Assembly: GCA_902557605.1 (NCBI GenBank)
Contig: CACEAQ010000001.1
Span: 7,963-71,962, forward strand
DNA from: an uncultured Pelagibacteraceae bacterium
GTDB lineage: Bacteria > Pseudomonadota > Alphaproteobacteria > Pelagibacterales > Pelagibacteraceae
Direction: 5' to 3'
DNA: 64,000 nt
The notes under the pieces are model-generated. The model searched no databases. It was not told where the DNA came from and saw only the letters and a program-made list of their open reading frames with translations. Positions 59,530 to 64,000 of the stretch are shown in pieces. Numbering within the stretch: the first letter of the stretch is position 1; each line of letters starts with the position of its first letter. Made by a program: the position numbers and the translations under genes.

Positions 59530-59913
59530 ATGAAATTTAAATTTATTTTAATTGCAACTCTATTATTTATGGGCTCAGCGATAGCTGCGGGACATATAAC
59601 AAAAGCTCAAAAAGAAAAAACAATAGAGTGCCTAGGACACTATAGTGCTACAGCTGTTTTACCCGCAGAAACTATTGAAGTTAAAAATATGGAATTAGCT
59701 TTAGCTTCAGTAAAAGTTATAAGGGAGTATCTTGCATCTGAAGGCGTAAAAGATGATGAAATGAATAAAGGTATGAATGTTTACGTAGATAAAGTTTATG
59801 GCAAGCCTTTTAATAAATCTAAGAATACCGAGTGTAATAAATTTATATATAAGCAAATTAAAGGTTCAGAGGAAAAAATTGAGAAACTATCCAGAACAAT
59901 TTACGCAGGATAA
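59530..59913 (+). CDS. Exported hypothetical protein with two Cys
   Basis: Signal peptide ending AIA; helical character. Confidence 0.7.
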   Translation: MKFKFILIATLLFMGSAIAAGHITKAQKEKTIECLGHYSATAVLPAETIEVKNMELALASVKVIREYLASEGVKDDEMNKGMNVYVDKVYGKPFNKSKNTECNKFIYKQIKGSEEKIEKLSRTIYAG

Positions 59914-59915
59914 AC

Positions 59916-60203
59916 ATGAGCGGATACGTGATTGCTAATATAGACGTTAAAAATCCTGAAGCTTATAAGGAATACGTTGGTAAGGTGTTACCGACTGTTC
60001 AAAAATTCGGAGGTGAATACCTAGTACGTGCCGGCGAGTACAAAGTTATAGATGGTGAGTGGAAATACCCTAGAACAGTGGTAATTAAATTTCCAACTTA
60101 TGAAAAAGCTTTAGAGTGGTATGACTCTGAGGAATATAAACCGGTAAAACCTATTCGATTAGCAAATTCAGTTGCTAATGGAATAATAATTAAAGGAATT
60201 TAA
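59916..60203 (+). CDS. DUF1330 dimeric alpha/beta-barrel protein
   Basis: Y.EY......KFGG.YLVR.G, VVIKFP..E.A..WY.S.EY. Confidence 0.92.
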   Translation: MSGYVIANIDVKNPEAYKEYVGKVLPTVQKFGGEYLVRAGEYKVIDGEWKYPRTVVIKFPTYEKALEWYDSEEYKPVKPIRLANSVANGIIIKGI

Positions 60204-60218
60204 ATAAAAGGAAAAAAA

Positions 60219-60509
60219 ATGGAAAAAGAAATGTTAGTACATCTTAAATTTAAAGAGGGCAAATTAGAAACTTTTACTAGCTGGATGCAATCAGATGAAG
60301 GTATGGGCGTTAGAAAGAGTGTTGCTTACCCAGAAAAAACCGTCGGGGCTATGATTCCTGATAAAAGCGGAATGTTATTTAAAGTTAATGTTCATAACGA
60401 AGCTGGGATGAAAGAGTTTGTAACTGGGAACAATCCTACAGCTAAAGCGATTTATGCAGAATGTGTAGATAGTGCTCAGTTATATGAGCTATCAAAAATA
60501 AATCTATAA
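60219..60509 (+). CDS. Small hypothetical protein, probable dimeric alpha/beta-barrel fold
   Basis: 96 aa; V.LK.KEGK.E.F..W start typical of ABM-like folds; SD present. Confidence 0.55.
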   Translation: MEKEMLVHLKFKEGKLETFTSWMQSDEGMGVRKSVAYPEKTVGAMIPDKSGMLFKVNVHNEAGMKEFVTGNNPTAKAIYAECVDSAQLYELSKINL

Positions 60510-60519
60510 AGGAGGAAAA

Positions 60520-60807
60520 ATGAAAAACTATATGGTAACGCATACTTTTAAGTCTGCCGAAATGAAAAAAAAATTTACTGATACAGTGGCCTCTATGAAA
60601 ATGGAGGACATTGTTAAGAGCATGAAAAGTGACAATGCAGCTTGTCAAATGACTTGGAACACGCCAGGAGATACAATGGAAATGTATTGTTGGTGGAAAG
60701 GAAAAGATGAGCAAGCAATTATTAATCAACTAGGTCAAATGAATGATTTTTTTACTCCTCATAAGTTTGTTGAGTGCACAGATCAAGTCATGGACTATAA
60801 CGCATAG
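60520..60807 (+). CDS. Small Met-rich protein, probable dimeric alpha/beta-barrel (DUF4242-like)
   Basis: YMV.H, MYC.W...DE.AI pattern; AGGAGG SD. Confidence 0.55.
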   Translation: MKNYMVTHTFKSAEMKKKFTDTVASMKMEDIVKSMKSDNAACQMTWNTPGDTMEMYCWWKGKDEQAIINQLGQMNDFFTPHKFVECTDQVMDYNA

Positions 60808-60814
60808 GATATTT

Positions 60815-61231
60815 ATGATCGATAAATTTGGAAACGCATTTTATTTAATAATTTACTTAGCACATTTTATTATAGTTGGTAGCTACGCTTACCAATTAGT
60901 TTTTGATACTAAAAAATTTCTTAAGGGTAGAGGAGTTGATAAAACTGCTACCTTGATTACGAGATTTGCAGGCTCATTCATGATTGCTACTGTTTTAATG
61001 GCAATATATATCGCTTTTATTAGATCAGGCGGTGTAGAGGCTACTTGGGCTTTCTTTAACTTAGTTTTTATAATGAATGTTTCGATATTAGTTGTAAATT
61101 TTTATACATTAAAGATTGATAAAACAGGTTTAACTAAAAAAACTAGAAACGATGGAATATATGCTCCACTCGTTCTTGTTATTATCAGCGCTATTCTTTG
61201 TTACGGTTTAGCAGATAAAATTTACGTTTAA
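60815..61231 (+). CDS. 4-TM hypothetical membrane protein (track start 60743)
   Basis: ATG at 60815 follows the previous stop; four hydrophobic segments. Confidence 0.7.
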   Translation: MIDKFGNAFYLIIYLAHFIIVGSYAYQLVFDTKKFLKGRGVDKTATLITRFAGSFMIATVLMAIYIAFIRSGGVEATWAFFNLVFIMNVSILVVNFYTLKIDKTGLTKKTRNDGIYAPLVLVIISAILCYGLADKIYV

Positions 61232-61239
61232 GGAGTAAA

Positions 61240-61533
61240 ATGGCAAAGTTTATGAATATTGTTAGATGCAAAGTAAAATCATCTAGCAGAGAAGAATATT
61301 TAAAAAAAATTGATGAGCGGCCAAAGTTCGACGGTCAAATTTCAGCAAAGTACGTTGAAACTAAACCAAACGAATTTTTTATGATTGGTGAATGGAATTC
61401 TGAAGATGATATTGCTAAAGCAAGACCGAAAATGATTGAATTTTTGGATTCGCTCAGGCACACTTTAGAAGAACTGTCATCAGATTTAGGAGTAACTGAT
61501 CCTCATTCTGGTACAGTTGTAATCGAGAAATAG
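61240..61533 (+). CDS. ABM-like dimeric alpha/beta-barrel protein
   Basis: IVRCKVK, IGEW.SE....ARP.M...LD..R, GVTDP.SG; AAGGAG SD. Confidence 0.65.
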   Translation: MAKFMNIVRCKVKSSSREEYLKKIDERPKFDGQISAKYVETKPNEFFMIGEWNSEDDIAKARPKMIEFLDSLRHTLEELSSDLGVTDPHSGTVVIEK

Positions 61534-61546
61534 GAAAGGGGTAACA

Positions 61547-61870
61547 ATGGCAAAATTTTATACATTAGGATGTTACACAGCTAAAGGTCTTGGGGGATTT
61601 GTAAGCAATCCGTCTACAGATAGAAAAGCTGCTACATCCGCACTTGCTGCTTCTGTGGGAGCTAAAGTAACTCAATACTCAGGCCTGAGAGGAAAATATG
61701 ATTTTATGGCGGTGATTGAGGGAACTTTTGAACAAGCTGCTGCAGCTGCAATGGTTGCTGTTTCAAGTGGTGCTGTTTCAGATTTTACGATTTTAGAAGA
61801 TGTAAATCTTAATGAAATAGCTAAGACTGCTCAGAAAATGGCTTCATCTTACAAAGAACCAGGAAAATAA
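61547..61870 (+). CDS. GYD domain protein
   Basis: YT..G, DR..A......GA, G.YD...V.E. Confidence 0.85.
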   Translation: MAKFYTLGCYTAKGLGGFVSNPSTDRKAATSALAASVGAKVTQYSGLRGKYDFMAVIEGTFEQAAAAAMVAVSSGAVSDFTILEDVNLNEIAKTAQKMASSYKEPGK

Positions 61871-61907
61871 AGTATTTATTTTTATCAAACATAGGTTAAG
61901 AAAACCT

Positions 61908-62615
61908 ATGTTTGATAGTTTTTTTAAAAAAATCCATATTTTACAAAATATTTATGTAAAAAATAAATATTTCATCAAAAAAAAATCTTATGCAATGGAC
62001 GGTGAAGATTTAGCAATAGATTTATTTAATAAGAAAAGAGATAAAGGTTTTTATGTAGATATTGGTGCACATCATCCGATACAAAGAAATAATACCCATT
62101 TATTATTTAAAAAAGGTTGGGAAGGTGTCAACATTGATATCAATCAATTTTCTATTGAACTTTTTAATTTTCTCAGACCAAAAGATTTAAATTTACAAAT
62201 TGCAGTATCTGATAAGGAGGGAGAAGTTTCATTTTTCTATCAAAAAAAATTTAGTCAATTAAATACTACTGATAGGGGAGTTGCTAATGAGAATTTTCAG
62301 GGAAATTTTCAAGAGAAAAAAGTGAAATGTCGAACAATCCAATATATTTTAGACAGCTCTAAATATAAGAATAAAAAGATTGATTTTTTGAACATCGATA
62401 TAGAGGGAGCCGAGATGAAAGTCTTAAATACATTAAATTTTAAAATATATGATCCCTCATTAATTTGTATTGAAATATTAGGCTATAGGGATCTAAATTC
62501 AGGGAAAAGAGAAATAGAAATTAAAAATAACGAAATTTATAAATTTTTAGTAAACCTAGGATATAAAAAGGTATGGTCAGGCTCTAGTTATTGCAGTCAT
62601 TTATTTACTAAATGA
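61908..62615 (+). CDS. FkbM family methyltransferase
   Basis: GED, YVDIGAHHP..NNT, GWEGVNID, IDFLNIDIEG. Confidence 0.88.
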   Translation: MFDSFFKKIHILQNIYVKNKYFIKKKSYAMDGEDLAIDLFNKKRDKGFYVDIGAHHPIQRNNTHLLFKKGWEGVNIDINQFSIELFNFLRPKDLNLQIAVSDKEGEVSFFYQKKFSQLNTTDRGVANENFQGNFQEKKVKCRTIQYILDSSKYKNKKIDFLNIDIEGAEMKVLNTLNFKIYDPSLICIEILGYRDLNSGKREIEIKNNEIYKFLVNLGYKKVWSGSSYCSHLFTK

Positions 62616-63308
62616 AATACATTTCAAAGTATCATTAAATCTTATCTTTTTATTATATTTTAATTTAATTTCATTAAGACCTATATTTATGTCTTTCTCT
62701 TTTAAATTAAGTAAACACGAAATATACCTTAATTTTACCATTTTAAGATATTTTTGTTTTGAGATATTTACTTTAAAATTGAAATAAGATTCTTTTGTTT
62801 TTTTCAAACTTTTTTTTATCATCTTAAATAATTTTTCATCTCTTTTAAGGCTACTATCGAGTTTTTGTCTCATCTTTTTAAAGCAGGGAATTTTATTTTC
62901 TTTTATTTTTAGTGAAAAAATTAATATTTTACCTTTATTATTTAAACTTTTTTTTGCAAGATTTAGAAGAAGATTTAAATCTGATTTTGAAAAAAAATGA
63001 ATAGTTTGTTTGATTAAAATTAGATCATATTTTTCTTCTTTCTTTAAATATTTTAAGGCATCAATTTTCTTAAATATAATATTCTTTTTAATATCCTTAT
63101 TTGCAACAATATCAATTCCTACGGGTTTATTTCTAAATCTATATTTCTTTTGTAGGGCGCTAATAATATTTGCTCTTCCGCATCCAATGTCCAATATTTT
63201 TGATTTTTTATTTAAGTTTATTTTTCTTTTAAGAAATCTATTAAATTGAGAGATATACGATTTAGACGATAACCAGGTTTTATTATCCCAATTTTTTAAT
63301 CTTCTCAT
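62601..63308 (-). CDS. Class I SAM-dependent methyltransferase
   Basis: ILDIGCGRA, VGID, YDLILIKQTIH. Confidence 0.85.
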   Translation of the reverse strand: MRRLKNWDNKTWLSSKSYISQFNRFLKRKINLNKKSKILDIGCGRANIISALQKKYRFRNKPVGIDIVANKDIKKNIIFKKIDALKYLKKEEKYDLILIKQTIHFFSKSDLNLLLNLAKKSLNNKGKILIFSLKIKENKIPCFKKMRQKLDSSLKRDEKLFKMIKKSLKKTKESYFNFKVNISKQKYLKMVKLRYISCLLNLKEKDINIGLNEIKLKYNKKIRFNDTLKCISFSK

Positions 63309-63353
63309 AATATTTAGATAGCATTCAAAAAATTACTTTGCTATAATTTATTT

Positions 63354-64000
63354 GTGAGTACATCTTTTCAAACAAAAATACCTAATTCTTTAAATGAACA
63401 TTGGATGCCATTTTCATCTAATAAAGATTTTAAAAAAAATCCACGTATAATAGTAAAAGCAGAGGGTATTCATCTTCACACTCATGACGGAAAAACTTTA
63501 ATTGATGGTAGTTCTGGCTTGTATTGCAACCCCCTTGGTCATGGGCGCAAAGAGATTATCGAAGCAATAAAAAATCAATTAGAAAATTTAGATTACACAA
63601 TGCCTTTTCAACAAGGCTATGGTGGATCTTTCGAATTAGCAACGATGATAGCTCAAAAAACTCCAGAGGATTTAAATAGAATTTTTTATACTATTTGTGG
63701 ATCAACTGCAGTAGAGACAGCAATTAAAATTGCAGTAGCTTACTTTAGATCAATCGGTCAAACTAATAGATTTAAGTTTGTTGGTAGAGAACGAGGTTAT
63801 CATGGCATGAATATCGGAGCCTTGACTGTAGGGGGTATACCAAATAATTCAAAAGAATTTAAAAATATTTTAATGCCAGGCGTTGAACATATGAGACATA
63901 CTTTTTTACCAGAGCACAAGTTTGTAAAGGGTCAGCCAGACACAGGATCTGAGTTAGCAGATGATTTAGAGGTAATTGCAAAAAAATTAGGAGGAGAAAA
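63354..64000 (+). CDS. Class III (omega-amino acid:pyruvate) aminotransferase, runs off window (absent from ORF track)
   Basis: GTG start; HWMPF, KAEG, IDGSSGLYCNPLGHGR, CGSTAVETAIK, RERGYHG. Confidence 0.9.
   Translation, partial: MSTSFQTKIPNSLNEHWMPFSSNKDFKKNPRIIVKAEGIHLHTHDGKTLIDGSSGLYCNPLGHGRKEIIEAIKNQLENLDYTMPFQQGYGGSFELATMIAQKTPEDLNRIFYTICGSTAVETAIKIAVAYFRSIGQTNRFKFVGRERGYHGMNIGALTVGGIPNNSKEFKNILMPGVEHMRHTFLPEHKFVKGQPDTGSELADDLEVIAKKLGGE

Noticed and set aside
1524-63249. Short ORFs antisense or out of frame to confident genes (e.g. 1524-1769, 3091-3351, 4771-4989, 21641-21925, 43828-44013, 44482-44934, 60442-60729, 63010-63249)
   Set aside because: Shadow ORFs within well-supported genes, with no recognisable motifs
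1-64000. Prophage, IS, integron, tRNA, rRNA or defence system
   Set aside because: No integrase, transposase, phage structural, cas or restriction genes and no tRNA/rRNA signatures seen; the small-gene array lacks attC-like repeats

Overview
Very AT-rich, densely packed alphaproteobacterial chromosome segment, with many abutting or overlapping stop/start junctions. Gene content and style match Candidatus Pelagibacter (SAR11); this is inferred from content, not from a marker gene. It carries a partial tctA, an outer-membrane beta-barrel, proC-livHMGFK, a cytochrome b561/CopG-like/cytochrome c' group, acnA-prpD and glycine-riboswitch-led gcvTHP. A photo-oxidative-stress block follows: furan-fatty-acid-type ufaD/ufaO/ufaM homologues, sodB, tspO, msrA and two atypical photolyases. 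Further on are hisI, folE, acuI, an LsrB-like LysR, rseP, HU, amtB, bcp, recX, cysQ, mnmA, metC, a CADD-type enzyme, an array of small dimeric alpha/beta-barrel-like proteins and a partial class III aminotransferase. I saw no tRNA, rRNA, CRISPR array or mobile element. The best leads are: (1) an unexplained ~170-nt GC-rich, GNRA-capped structured RNA after mnmA; (2) a nearby unannotated 27-aa Lys/Arg-rich peptide with a strong SD; (3) a seven-gene operon with five small barrel-like proteins; (4) a furan-fatty-acid-type cluster attached directly to the gcv operon. Candidate NrdR, DnaA and GANTC sites also lie in front of unexpected genes. All calls come from motif recognition by eye; no searches were run.
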